From the IMG/VR virus record IMGVR_UViG_3300045391_005020: DNA of 64,000 nucleotides, one strand, 5' to 3'. Of the stretch, positions 20,118 to 29,835 are shown piece by piece. The notes beneath the pieces are model-generated. The model did no database searches, was not told the origin of the DNA, and saw only the letters and a list, made by a program, of their open reading frames with translations. Positions within the stretch are counted from its first letter, which is position 1. Each line of letters begins with the position of its first letter. The DNA comes from a virus. Lineage: Duplodnaviria > Caudoviricetes. The position numbers and the translations under genes are program-made.

Positions 20118-20498
20118 TTAGTCCCACTCGATGCGGCGCGAGACCGCAGTGACCGTGTCGACCTGGACCGTGAATAGGTACCACAGGGTGGTCGTGACGT
20201 TCATGGTATCGGTGACGGTCAGCTCCACGCAGGCGTAGCGGCCGTTGTCGCCGGGCGGGTACAGATAGGCCCAGGAATTTCCGGTTCCGACGCCCGAGCC
20301 ATCGGCGCGTTCGAACCGCGACAGGAACTCGCTGTGGGTATTGGGCTTGGACTCGGGACCGAGCGAGCTTCGCAGCTCCCACGTGTACGACACGATCGGG
20401 GCCGTGCATAACTCCAGTATCGTGATCTGTTGGGTGCCGGTGAAGTTGTTGATGACGACCTGGAATGGCAGGCCGGCGAAGAGGGCCGAGCCAAACAT
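20118..20498 (-). CDS. PKD/Ig-like structural protein
   Basis: PIVSYTWE...YLYP...GRY...LTVTD PKD-like pattern. Confidence 0.5.
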   Translation of the reverse strand: MFGSALFAGLPFQVVINNFTGTQQITILELCTAPIVSYTWELRSSLGPESKPNTHSEFLSRFERADGSGVGTGNSWAYLYPPGDNGRYACVELTVTDTMNVTTTLWYLFTVQVDTVTAVSRRIEWD

Positions 20499-21238
20499 CA
20501 GACCGCCGTCCTGGTGACCGACTCGAGTTCTTCGTCCACATCCCAGGCGTAGTTCAGGATCAGCTGCTTGTTATCCGAGGCGCGCGTGATGGTCTTCTTC
20601 GACAGCAGGCCGGTCATGTTGCTCCACTCGTAAGCGATCGTGAAGAGCAGCACGACCTTGGCGGGCGTGTCGTAGTGACGCTTGTAATCAAGGTCGCCGG
20701 TGGTGCCGTTCCAGGTGTACTCGGTGTAGTAGTGCGGGTACTGGGACTTGAACTGCAGCTCCATCTCGAGCTCGGAGTTCAGCTCCTCGCTCTCGGGCGG
20801 CGGCTCTGGTGGCGAGTTGTCCGCCAGCTTGGTGTACTGGAGGTTGCCCTGCAGGATCGTGATCTCGCGCTGGGCGTTGAAGAGGCCCAGGATGCGATAC
20901 TGGAGCTCTTGCGGGTGCAGGGACGTGATGACATCGAAACCTGTGTGGTCGCCCGGGATGTGCCAGCCAATACGGCCCGACTGCGGTCGCTCGAGCGGCC
21001 AGTTGGTCACACCCGGCGTGAACGTGATCGAGACCAGCTGGGCGCCCTTCTTGTCGAAAATCGCGAGCCGCGGGTACGGCAGGTTGATCGGGAAGGTATT
21101 GTCGTCGAACGTGAGGATGAAGTTCAGGTCCAGGTTCTGGTCAGACGCCATCTCGACCGGATGTGCCGGGACCGGTACTCCATGCGAAAACGCACGGGCG
21201 ATCTCGACCGTCTGTTCGACCGTGATGAGCTCGGTCAT
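20498..21238 (-). CDS. Hypothetical virion protein
   Basis: 246 aa, downstream of the capsid gene; C-terminal YTEYTWN...YEWS...YAWD repeats. Confidence 0.55.
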   Translation of the reverse strand: MTELITVEQTVEIARAFSHGVPVPAHPVEMASDQNLDLNFILTFDDNTFPINLPYPRLAIFDKKGAQLVSITFTPGVTNWPLERPQSGRIGWHIPGDHTGFDVITSLHPQELQYRILGLFNAQREITILQGNLQYTKLADNSPPEPPPESEELNSELEMELQFKSQYPHYYTEYTWNGTTGDLDYKRHYDTPAKVVLLFTIAYEWSNMTGLLSKKTITRASDNKQLILNYAWDVDEELESVTRTAV

Positions 21239-21241
21239 GCG

Positions 21242-21391
21242 TTACCTACGCGGAGAGACGGGCTTCTTGTGGAGCCCACTAAGCTTCTTCAGTACCGCGT
21301 CGTCGGCCAGACTGGACTTGCTCTTGCGCTTGGCCGCGGCGGTTTTGACGTGAAGCAGAACGTACAGGGTAGCGAGCGCTGGGTATTCCAT
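21242..21391 (-). CDS. Small basic protein, 49 aa (not in ORF track)
   Basis: MEYPALATLYVLLHVKTAAAKRKSKSSLADDAVLKKLSGLHKKPVSPRR fills the gap, ends 4 nt before the next ATG, and carries a VKTA motif. Confidence 0.5.
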   Translation of the reverse strand: MEYPALATLYVLLHVKTAAAKRKSKSSLADDAVLKKLSGLHKKPVSPRR

Positions 21392-21420
21392 AGAGCCGTC
21401 CACAGATGAGATTACCAACA

Positions 21421-21450
21421 AGAAAGCCCGGGGAAATCCCCGGGCTTTCT
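21421..21450. terminator. Rho-independent terminator after the major capsid gene
   Basis: Perfect inverted repeat AGAAAGCCCGGGGA-AA-TCCCCGGGCTTTCT. Confidence 0.85.
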
Positions 21451-21473
21451 CTAGTGCAGTCCGTTACGGACTA

Positions 21474-22409
21474 TCAGCTCGTTGCGATGCGGACGCGGGC
21501 GACAGCGGCAGGGTTGCCGATCGTGGCGCCGCGCTCACAGTACGCGTAGAACTCCAGGTTGAACGCCTTCTTGTCGACGTACATCGTGGTGTCTTCGAGC
21601 ACGTAGCTCTTGCCGAGGAACTCGGGGCTGGCGAACAACCAGAACTCCGACTCACCGACCAGCTCGTGCTTGTTGGTGATGACCCAGTTGACGCCCAGCA
21701 GTTTCTTCTGCTGGAAGCCGTCGACGAACATCGACTCGCTGAGGTCGCCGCCGGCCGTGTCGCGGCCGAACTTGGCAACATCTTCGATCGTGATGTTGTT
21801 GCAGAGGATCGTGACCGCTTCGAGGTGCGCGAAGGTCCGCTTCAGGATCTTCTTCATCTCGAAGAGCGAGGAACGGGTGATGCCGTTCGCGTCGACGATC
21901 TTCTTGTTCTGGATGATGCCCGTCTCAGGGACGGTCGAGCCTTCGGAGCCGACGATGCTCTGGCACGCGGCCAGCATCTTGCGGTCGAACTCGAAATCCA
22001 TGTCGAGGATCGCGTTGTCCGAGATCACCTGGCGGATGTCCATTCCGTACGTGCGGAGTTCGGACATGTCCTTGGTGAATTTCGGGGTGACGATGCGATC
22101 GAAGTACACCGGGTAGCGGTCGCCGCGGAAGTAGTACTGGATCGGCTGCTGGCCGAGCGGGATCGTGATGGCGGCCGGCGAATTCGGTTCGCGTTCGACC
22201 AGCTTCACGTTCTTGTCGGTGTTGAGCTGCGGGGTGAGTTCGTCATCACCGATCTTCACCGCGGGCATGATCTTCTCGAAGAAGCTGCTTTCGCGGATGC
22301 GGATGCGGGTGAAATCCGTCACCATATCGGCGGCTTCTTTGATCTGCCCGGCTTCGAGCATACCATAAAAAGCGCGGTTTGACTGTTGTGCGCTGACTTT
22401 AGTGGTCAT
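21474..22409 (-). CDS. Major capsid protein (HK97-type fold)
   Basis: 311 aa; protease-scaffold-decoration-MCP-terminator synteny; IRESSFFEKIMP...DNAILDMDFEFDRKML...ERGATIGNP pattern; strongly biased codon use. Confidence 0.75.
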   Translation of the reverse strand: MTTKVSAQQSNRAFYGMLEAGQIKEAADMVTDFTRIRIRESSFFEKIMPAVKIGDDELTPQLNTDKNVKLVEREPNSPAAITIPLGQQPIQYYFRGDRYPVYFDRIVTPKFTKDMSELRTYGMDIRQVISDNAILDMDFEFDRKMLAACQSIVGSEGSTVPETGIIQNKKIVDANGITRSSLFEMKKILKRTFAHLEAVTILCNNITIEDVAKFGRDTAGGDLSESMFVDGFQQKKLLGVNWVITNKHELVGESEFWLFASPEFLGKSYVLEDTTMYVDKKAFNLEFYAYCERGATIGNPAAVARVRIATS

Positions 22410-22439
22410 GACTATCTGTTTCTTTTCTGGTATGTTGGT

Positions 22440-22982
22440 TTAGGCGACAGGAACCGTGGTGCCGGCGACGTATGCCGGGTAGAACGCCAAGGTCGCGTAG
22501 CCGTCGGGGCCAGTGTACTTGCCGCGCGGGCTGACGTAGCCGACGATGACGTCGGTTGCGCCGGCCAAGCAGAGCTTGCCGCGGTCCGCGTCGGCGGTCG
22601 CAGCGTTGCTGAGGCAGGTCAGAGGAGCATCCGGAACCAGGCCAGCGTCGTCGACGAACTCGGTCGAGCTCAGTTCGGCGGCGGCCTTCCAGCTGATGCA
22701 GCCGAAGCGCGGTTCGCCGGCGTACGGCATGCCGCGGTCGCGGGTCACATCAGGATAGTTGTTGAGGTCAGTACCGGACCACGCGTACAGCGGGGTGCGG
22801 CCGACGTCGAGACCTGGTTCGAGCTTGCCGCCCGAGGTGATCGACATCACGCGGCCGGCCACGGCTGCTGCGACGGCGAGGGGGTCGCTGTCCAGGATAC
22901 CAGTGTGGTCGACGATGGAGTTGCGGTCGCCCTTCAGCACTTCGAGCTTGTGGGCGCCCATTGAGGTTTGGATACCAGTCAT
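22440..22982 (-). CDS. Capsid decoration/cement protein
   Basis: 180 aa directly upstream of the MCP; ELSSTEF...GKL...VIVGYV pattern. Confidence 0.55.
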   Translation of the reverse strand: MTGIQTSMGAHKLEVLKGDRNSIVDHTGILDSDPLAVAAAVAGRVMSITSGGKLEPGLDVGRTPLYAWSGTDLNNYPDVTRDRGMPYAGEPRFGCISWKAAAELSSTEFVDDAGLVPDAPLTCLSNAATADADRGKLCLAGATDVIVGYVSPRGKYTGPDGYATLAFYPAYVAGTTVPVA

Positions 22983-23022
22983 TTGATGATTCCTACTTGG
23001 GACTTCTTTTTGGGGTTATGGA

Positions 23023-23466
23023 TTACCGGGCGCCAGGCAGACGATTCAGGGCGGAAACCGTGTGGCGATCCCACACGTCGTCTGCCGTCTCTGGTTTGGT
23101 CTCGTTGATCACAACGGTGCCGACCTTGGGGGCCGAATCGATGTAATCCGCGACTTTGGTGAGCGCGTCGAGAGCCTTCTCATGGCTCAGGACATTGGCC
23201 GCGAACTGGTCGCGACGCTCAGGGGAGGAGAGCAGGCCGCGATCGAACAGCTTGTCCGCGGCCGTCTTGGCCAGCGGGGCGATCTTGGCTGCCGCTTCTT
23301 GGGCTGCCTGATCGCGCTTCGAGCCGGCGTCTTTCGACGAGCTCAGCTCAGCTGCGAGCTTGGTGTTCTCTTCCGTTTTGGTTGTGAGGGCTGACTCGAG
23401 CTCGGCGATTTTGGTCGCCTGGGCTTCGATGGTGTCAGCAGCCTGCTTGATCAGTTTGGCGCTCAT
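23023..23466 (-). CDS. Coiled-coil scaffold-associated protein
   Basis: Helical; six K-x-A motifs; lies between scaffold and decoration genes. Confidence 0.55.
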   Translation of the reverse strand: MSAKLIKQAADTIEAQATKIAELESALTTKTEENTKLAAELSSSKDAGSKRDQAAQEAAAKIAPLAKTAADKLFDRGLLSSPERRDQFAANVLSHEKALDALTKVADYIDSAPKVGTVVINETKPETADDVWDRHTVSALNRLPGAR

Positions 23467-23474
23467 GGGGTCCC

Positions 23475-24986
23475 TTATTTCGCAGCCGCGGTTTCGAGTT
23501 CGGCGACCTTGCTCAGGATCTGCCGGCGGACTTCGATCCGCGCAGCCGCCATCTTGGCAGCGGCGGGGTCACTGTGGTGATGAGCCTTCTGGGCCATGAG
23601 GGCCTTGAGGTCATCCATGGTCAGGCCCATCTCGTGCAGGACTTGCTCGAGGGCCTGTTGCTCTTCCGGGCTCTTGGGGGCGAGAACCGACGAGTCGTTC
23701 GTCATGGCGTCAGCCGGGTGAGCGGCAGGGGCGTCATGCTTCGGAGCATCGTGCGCGGGAGCATCATGAGGGGGCAACGCTTCGGCTTTCTTCTCGCCCT
23801 TGTCGGCCGGAAGATCCTTCTTGGCGTTGTTGTCGACTTCAGCTTTGGTACCGACCGCTTCGCCTTCGGCAGGCTTCAGCTCGGCCTTCTGGACCTTCGG
23901 GGCTTCGATGCCGCCTTCAGCGTCTTTGGTACCGTCTTCGACGTTGTCGCCGATCATGCCTTCCGCGATCTTGACCGCGTAGGCGTAACCAGCATCGACC
24001 GCCTCCTTGTGGAGGGTGGCGATCTTTTGGAGATAGAGGGGATGCTCGGGGCCGATGTTGGCCGCGGCCATCTTGGCTTCGAGGCCTGGATCTTCGACCA
24101 TCTCGCCGCCGGCAGCAGCCGGATCAGCGGCAGGAGCCGGAGCGCCCATCGGGGCCGGGGCACCCATCGGAGCAGGAGCCGCGCCGCCAGCTGCAGCGGC
24201 CGGATCGCCGGCAGGAGCAGCAGCGCCGCCCGCGCCGTGCAGTTCCTGCATGGCCTGGGTCAGCTCTTGTTCGCTGATCGCGCCGCTCTGGACGGCTTCG
24301 AGCAGAATCTTTTCAGCATCTTCCTCGGAGAGAGCGCCGGATTGAATGGCCTGCATGAGGCCATCGGCCGACTGGTCGGCAACAGCGGGATCGGCCATTC
24401 CGGCCGCAACCTTGTTGGTCGCGCGGGCCTGCTTGACCAGGAATTTCTCCAGGCCGCTCAGCTCGCGGGTCTCTTCGGAAGCTTTCTTATTGAGGATCGC
24501 AGCCAGCTTGGCTTCCGCTTTCGCGGTGTCGGGCTTCGCCGGCTCTTCAGCTTTTTTTGCGGAGGCTTCCATTTCGGAAGCGACCTTGCGCAGTTCTTCG
24601 ACCAGGGCCGACGCGGTCTTCTTGTCGTCGCCCTTGATCCCGCCTTCGGGGCCGTTGGCGGCTTCGTGTTTCACTTCGAGCTCAGCGCCCTCGGTGCCCT
24701 TCTGGCCGTCAGTCGAAACCGCGGTCGCGCCGTCGGTCGACATTTCGAGCGAAGCGCCGGACGGGTTGGTCTTGGCGCCGCCGTCGACCATCGCCTTGGT
24801 GCCCTTCGCCGCTTCAGACTTGTTCGACGCCATCTGGGCGCCGGTCTCGACCGCTTTGGTACCATCTTCGGCGCCGTCGCCGGGAGAGGCGGTTTTGACC
24901 GCAGCTTCAGCGGTCTTCTTGTGATCATCGCCAACCTTGTTGATCAACGTGTTCAGGCGCTCGAGGATTTGCTTGCGGTGCGACAT
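23475..24986 (-). CDS. Prohead scaffolding/core protein
   Basis: Low-complexity Ala/Glu/Lys/Pro protein with many K-x-A motifs, directly after the protease. Start reassigned to ATG 24986 (AGGA upstream). Confidence 0.6.
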   Translation of the reverse strand: MSHRKQILERLNTLINKVGDDHKKTAEAAVKTASPGDGAEDGTKAVETGAQMASNKSEAAKGTKAMVDGGAKTNPSGASLEMSTDGATAVSTDGQKGTEGAELEVKHEAANGPEGGIKGDDKKTASALVEELRKVASEMEASAKKAEEPAKPDTAKAEAKLAAILNKKASEETRELSGLEKFLVKQARATNKVAAGMADPAVADQSADGLMQAIQSGALSEEDAEKILLEAVQSGAISEQELTQAMQELHGAGGAAAPAGDPAAAAGGAAPAPMGAPAPMGAPAPAADPAAAGGEMVEDPGLEAKMAAANIGPEHPLYLQKIATLHKEAVDAGYAYAVKIAEGMIGDNVEDGTKDAEGGIEAPKVQKAELKPAEGEAVGTKAEVDNNAKKDLPADKGEKKAEALPPHDAPAHDAPKHDAPAAHPADAMTNDSSVLAPKSPEEQQALEQVLHEMGLTMDDLKALMAQKAHHHSDPAAAKMAAARIEVRRQILSKVAELETAAAK

Positions 24987-25032
24987 TGGGGTGGGTTCCT
25001 GATGATCTGGTGTAAAAATTACAGGGGTCAGT

Positions 25033-26373
25033 TTAGACACGCAAGTCGTTACTTGCGGCAACAGCGGTTAGGACGGCTTCGTCCGCTCGGTTGCTTGGAT
25101 ATGCAGCGAAAGCCAGCTTGTAATGCAGATACAATCGCGAGAGCCCGAGATGCTCGGCGCGATCGATTGCGATCCCGGCCGACTTGACTGAATCGGCTGG
25201 TTTCATGATCGTGATGCGAACAATTCGAGCCCCGACCGGTTGCGCCTTCATCGACGCCTTCTCGTTCAGCTCGGACGCAGTATCTTCACCGAAGTCCAGA
25301 TTTGACACGTCGTTGTGTCCATCCAGTGAGGACATCTCGGGATCCTGTTCTTCCAGGAGTCCACTGAAGCCGCCCTGCACATCGGGTTCGCCGCACATGC
25401 AGGCCAACTTGGATTGGCCGACGATGATCTCGGTGAAATCCTGGAACGACAGCATGTGACCAGCGCGGTGAAGGGTGGTCAGCACCGCTTCAACTCCGTG
25501 CAAATCTGCTGCCTGCTTGATCTGTTTGACCGCGCGATCCGAAAGCTTCATCGGACCCGCGCCCGACACGGCCTTGCCGTGACCCGCGACGCGCTTCTCA
25601 ATTTCAGCCAACCGGACGAGGGTCGCCTTCTTGACCTGATCGTCGTCGAGCCCGTACGCCTCTGCCAATTCGTGGCCGCCAATCACGCCATTTTGTGACG
25701 CGACCTTGGCCAGCGCGTACCCGATCCTGTCGGCCGGCTTGTAGACCGTGCTGATGTCGAAGTACTTCGGGTTCGGATTCTGCATGTAGATCTGGCGACC
25801 GTCCGCCAGCACTTCACCCAGCTTGGTCTTGATGTGATCGCAGTGGTGGCGCGCGGTCGGGGCCTTATGGCCGCAATAGCTGCAAACGTCGTAGTCCTGC
25901 TTGGAACCCATCGAAACCGGAATGTCTTCACCCCGCGCGAACGCGTCGAGTTCTTCTGCGTACTTCGTGTTGTCGAGTGCGATCAGAAGTTCGATGCGGC
26001 GCATGTCCGGATTGTGGGCAGTCGCCAGCACTTCGCCGGTTTTCAGGATCGGCGAGTGGTTCTTGTGGTTCTTGAAAACGTGACCGTTTTCTTTGAATCC
26101 AGTATGGGCCGTGACATTGTCTTTTTCGCTGAAGCCGTCGCAGTTGCGGTTCGGGCCGTACGCTTCTTCGTCGCCGACCGCGAGCACGTGCAGAACCGAG
26201 TGGCCCTTCACGCCGCCTTCGTCGGCGATCTTCTGCAGAGTCTTGCTGAATAGTCCATCGGCCGCTCGCTTCTCGAGCCAGCCCGCGTCGACGCCGCGGC
26301 GATGCAGCGGAACCAACGCGACGTTAAGATCGTTGAAGTCGTACGAGTCGGTGAGGATCAGTTTGCGAATCAT
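25033..26373 (-). CDS. Prohead (capsid maturation) protease with Zn-finger insert
   Basis: PNRNCDGF...VFKNH...VSMGS...CSYCGH...CDHI...YFDISTVYKPAD motifs of assemblin/HK97-type phage proteases; synteny. Confidence 0.75.
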   Translation of the reverse strand: MIRKLILTDSYDFNDLNVALVPLHRRGVDAGWLEKRAADGLFSKTLQKIADEGGVKGHSVLHVLAVGDEEAYGPNRNCDGFSEKDNVTAHTGFKENGHVFKNHKNHSPILKTGEVLATAHNPDMRRIELLIALDNTKYAEELDAFARGEDIPVSMGSKQDYDVCSYCGHKAPTARHHCDHIKTKLGEVLADGRQIYMQNPNPKYFDISTVYKPADRIGYALAKVASQNGVIGGHELAEAYGLDDDQVKKATLVRLAEIEKRVAGHGKAVSGAGPMKLSDRAVKQIKQAADLHGVEAVLTTLHRAGHMLSFQDFTEIIVGQSKLACMCGEPDVQGGFSGLLEEQDPEMSSLDGHNDVSNLDFGEDTASELNEKASMKAQPVGARIVRITIMKPADSVKSAGIAIDRAEHLGLSRLYLHYKLAFAAYPSNRADEAVLTAVAASNDLRV

Positions 26374-27320
26374 GGGCGAGCGAGCTGTTCGGGCGGGAAG
26401 AATTTGTTGGCGGTGTACCCGAGCGCCGACCCGAGACCGAGCGATAGTCCCACACGGCCCTTGCTGGCAATCGGGTCGCGTGCAGCGCGAATGTCCGAGA
26501 AGCCCTTCTGGAGACGCGGGAGGGTTACATCAGAGCCGGTGCGCTTCTGCAGTTCTGCCTGAACTGCCGGGACGGTGTAGTCCCAGCCGCCGATGCGCTG
26601 CTTCGCGCCTGGGTTCTTGTTCGCCCAATCCAATGCCTTCAGCATCTGGTTGGTGTTCGGATTCTTGTAAGCCAGGTTCTTGGCCTGCGTGTACATCCGA
26701 TAGATAGCAGTCAGCGGGTCGAGACGCGCATTGCCGGTCATCGGATTTTCAGGCGTGCTGCCTGGCGCGTTGAGGTGATCCATGATCAACCTGCTGAGAT
26801 TCTCTTTACCACCGAGCGCGGTGTTGAGCTGACGGGCTGGCGCGACTGCAGGCGATTCGCCCGACGCCGGCGCGGTTGCGGTTGCGGCCTGCAGGGCGAC
26901 ATCATTCATGCCCTGCATGTTTCCGGTCATCTTCCGTGCCGAGTCGAAGAAATTCCGGACTAGCGGAAGTTTTGAAAGAAACGGAGCTGCGGTACCGGCG
27001 GAGAATCCGCCGAGACCAGCGAGATTTACCGGGCCATTTCTGGCCGCTTCGAGATTCGCTTCAGGAGTGCCCGGGGCCGGAGGCGGAGTAGTCTTGGGCA
27101 CGATGCCGGTAGCTTCCATCGCGGGACGCCAGTGCTTCCATCCGTAGTATCCGGCTGCACCAACGCCGCCCAGAATCCCGAGGGCCGCGAGCCACTTCTT
27201 CCAGTGCTCCTTCTTGGCCTGTTGGACTTCGGGATCGTTGTCGTTGTCGGTCGATTCGACGTCTTCGTCGAACATATCCGGCTGGATCACGTCTTCAGCG
27301 GCGAGCTTCTCGAAGGTCAC
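26370..27320 (-). CDS. Putative internal head/ejection protein with Gly-rich hydrophobic segments
   Basis: N-terminal FEKLAA; WLAALGILGGVGAAGYYGW; no Cys. Confidence 0.5.
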   Translation of the reverse strand: MTFEKLAAEDVIQPDMFDEDVESTDNDNDPEVQQAKKEHWKKWLAALGILGGVGAAGYYGWKHWRPAMEATGIVPKTTPPPAPGTPEANLEAARNGPVNLAGLGGFSAGTAAPFLSKLPLVRNFFDSARKMTGNMQGMNDVALQAATATAPASGESPAVAPARQLNTALGGKENLSRLIMDHLNAPGSTPENPMTGNARLDPLTAIYRMYTQAKNLAYKNPNTNQMLKALDWANKNPGAKQRIGGWDYTVPAVQAELQKRTGSDVTLPRLQKGFSDIRAARDPIASKGRVGLSLGLGSALGYTANKFFPPEQLARP

Positions 27321-27321
27321 G

Positions 27322-28779
27322 TTAGACGTCTTTCTTGCCGCGGGCGCGAGCCAGCGTGTCGAACGGGAGTGAACCTTCGGAGGCGAGCGACTGACGCATC
27401 AGGCTCGACAGCTCAGCGGTGCTGAGATTCGGGTTCACGCCTTTGACCTTGTTGTATGCGCTGACGACATCCTGGATCGGATGTTCACGGATGTACGGGT
27501 CGGCTAGCAGTTCCTCGATATTGCCGCGCGAGTCGGCGTTCGAGATCTGCTGACGAATGCTAACCGGCAGCGCGGTTTCCTCGGTGAGGGGTTCCGGTTT
27601 ATCCTTGCTCGGATCAGCGACCGAACCGGCGGCGCCGCCGTACAGATCGATCTGATCGTTCGGATCCATGCCGGCGCCAGTCATTTTGTCCGGCAGGTTC
27701 GCGATATCGCCCGACAGAGCCTTGACGCCTTCCGCGGCGCTGCCCAACCCGAGACCGATCGTGACGGCAGTCTTGAGATATTCGTCGGCGTTTTCGAGAC
27801 CGGCGCGCAGCAGGTCGCGCGCAGCCAGCTTCTCGCCCGCGATCAGGTACGCGGCTTCAACGCTGTGCATCGCGTCGACTAGTGACTGTTCGCGCGGCGA
27901 CACATCATTGAGGCCGGCGAGCTTCTCGCCCGAGGCGCGCTTGTGGCCCAGACGATCGAGGCTGCCCGCTTCGAACAGCATCGCGATCGTTTCGTCGCTG
28001 ACGCCCGAGAGGATCGCGAGCTTTTCGATCCGATCGAAACGCGGGGAGTCGGTGCGGCGGAATTCATCCGCGAGCTTGAAGAGGCCGTCGAGTGCAATGT
28101 CGTAGGCCTTGGTGTAGGCCAGCGACGCTTCGTCGGCCGCGTGCTTGATCGCGGTGAGCTGATGAAACGGATTGCCGGTCGTGCGGCCTTCGCCCGAAAT
28201 GTCGACTTTGACTTGGTGATGATCGCCCACCGTGACCGCAACCTTGGTGGTCTTGTGGGTCAGCGGATCCGGTCCGCCGAGCGCGTTCTGGAATGCGGCG
28301 GCGTGGTCTTCCTTGTTGCCGGCCAGGTACGAACCCTTGTCGTGATTGGATTCCAGAGCGGCCTTACGACGACGCTTCAGCTTCGGAGCGTTGGTGACCG
28401 GCATGTCGAGCGCGGCAGCCAGCTTGGGCTCCATCGCGTCGGTCTTCTCGTTCTTCTCGGCGTCCTTCTCGTCCTTCTTGGCCGCGGCGTCTGAGGCCGG
28501 GTCGGCGTCGTAGAGGCGCTGGTTCACCACTTCGGCGTTGGTGATCGGGAAGGCTTTGTCCTTCTCGTTGGCGTCCGAGTTGGCCAGCACCGAGAGGGTC
28601 TTGGAGTTGTTGATCGCGTGGCTGACCCGGAGGACTTCGTTCGAGGTCAGTTCGCCGTCGCGGGCGACTTTCAGGAGGGCGGCGTTGGGGTCGATCCCGA
28701 TATTCATCAGACCGATCGCCTGCTCGGCGCACTTGATCAGGTGCTGGTGCCGATCATCGGACATCAATTGGAGTGACAT
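27322..28779 (-). CDS. Putative internal head (core) protein
   Basis: 485 aa, helical, about 12 K-x-A motifs. Confidence 0.5.
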   Translation of the reverse strand: MSLQLMSDDRHQHLIKCAEQAIGLMNIGIDPNAALLKVARDGELTSNEVLRVSHAINNSKTLSVLANSDANEKDKAFPITNAEVVNQRLYDADPASDAAAKKDEKDAEKNEKTDAMEPKLAAALDMPVTNAPKLKRRRKAALESNHDKGSYLAGNKEDHAAAFQNALGGPDPLTHKTTKVAVTVGDHHQVKVDISGEGRTTGNPFHQLTAIKHAADEASLAYTKAYDIALDGLFKLADEFRRTDSPRFDRIEKLAILSGVSDETIAMLFEAGSLDRLGHKRASGEKLAGLNDVSPREQSLVDAMHSVEAAYLIAGEKLAARDLLRAGLENADEYLKTAVTIGLGLGSAAEGVKALSGDIANLPDKMTGAGMDPNDQIDLYGGAAGSVADPSKDKPEPLTEETALPVSIRQQISNADSRGNIEELLADPYIREHPIQDVVSAYNKVKGVNPNLSTAELSSLMRQSLASEGSLPFDTLARARGKKDV

Positions 28780-29584
28780 CTTTTACCTCTGGTGTAGCCA
28801 AGTAGTCCGCGGCCCGCGGTTCGATCGCAGGTAGTGTTAAATTACGTACATCGGTTGGGTCGGCAACTTTGAACGGAACGCTTCGGACGAATTCGGCCAG
28901 GACAGCCTGGCTGGATTCGTCGGCGCCGATGTTCTTGACGGTCTCTTTAATCTGGCGGTCAACGTCGATGAAGACCCGGAGGACCTCGATATCGACCTCT
29001 CCGCCATGGCCTGCCAGGCACATGGAGCTGATTAGGGACTGCTTCGCGACAATGTCCTTGATCCGCTCCGCCATCTTTTCCCGCAGAGCGGGATCCTGGT
29101 TGCCGGTGGCGTAAGCCTCGAAAATCTGGGGACCCGCCATCCAGGCCAGGCGATGGACCACGCCGGCCCTATCTCGCAGGTTCATAGGGCCGTACAGGCC
29201 GCCGTGGAATAGCTGGCCGACGATCCAGGCCGGAGCCTCAAGGCGGGGCCGGACGTCGAAAAAGAGATCGTGGTAGGCTTGGACGTCCGCCGGCGCGCAC
29301 GGCACCTTGGCGGCGAAATCCTCGTTCTTGGCGCCGGCGAGCAGCATGCCCTCAACGAACAACCGCTCTTCGAAGCGGTTCGGCTGGATGAATAGCTCGT
29401 AGGCTGCGGCCGTCGGGGTGTCGGGCCATGGTTCGCCGCGGTCGACCGCGCGCTTGAACCGGTAGGCGTCTACAGTGGCAGCGTCCGCGCCGCGGAGATG
29501 GTAAACCGCCTGGGAGTCAGTGTATTCAGCGACCTCGGACGCTTTGGCCCAACGCCAATCGAGACGGCCGGGGGCTAGGGACAC
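28754..29584 (-). CDS. Hypothetical protein with possible helix-turn-helix
   Basis: LLAGAKNEDFAAKVPCAPADVQAYHDLFFDV resembles an HTH. Confidence 0.5.
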   Translation of the reverse strand: MSLAPGRLDWRWAKASEVAEYTDSQAVYHLRGADAATVDAYRFKRAVDRGEPWPDTPTAAAYELFIQPNRFEERLFVEGMLLAGAKNEDFAAKVPCAPADVQAYHDLFFDVRPRLEAPAWIVGQLFHGGLYGPMNLRDRAGVVHRLAWMAGPQIFEAYATGNQDPALREKMAERIKDIVAKQSLISSMCLAGHGGEVDIEVLRVFIDVDRQIKETVKNIGADESSQAVLAEFVRSVPFKVADPTDVRNLTLPAIEPRAADYLATPEVKDVTPIDVR

Positions 29585-29587
29585 GGA

Positions 29588-29791
29588 TTACTTCGCGGGA
29601 GTCGCAGCCGCGCGTTCGGTTTCCTGAATTTTCAGGGCGTGCGCGTGGAACTGAGCGAACTGCTCTTCATTCAAGCCCATGTCCTGGGCGGCTTTGATGA
29701 AGCCCAGCTCGTAGGCGTCATTGCGCTCGCGAGCGTCCTGCTCGGCGATCTTGGTCAACGCTTCTTGGTGGGCCTGCTTGGTGAACGACAT
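29588..29791 (-). CDS. Small internal head protein
   Basis: 67 aa; GAGGA RBS; own promoter; KQA/KIA/KAA motifs. Confidence 0.6.
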   Translation of the reverse strand: MSFTKQAHQEALTKIAEQDARERNDAYELGFIKAAQDMGLNEEQFAQFHAHALKIQETERAAATPAK

Positions 29792-29835
29792 ACAGATATC
29801 CTCGAGGTGGAAGCCGTTAGCTACGTAGGACTTTC

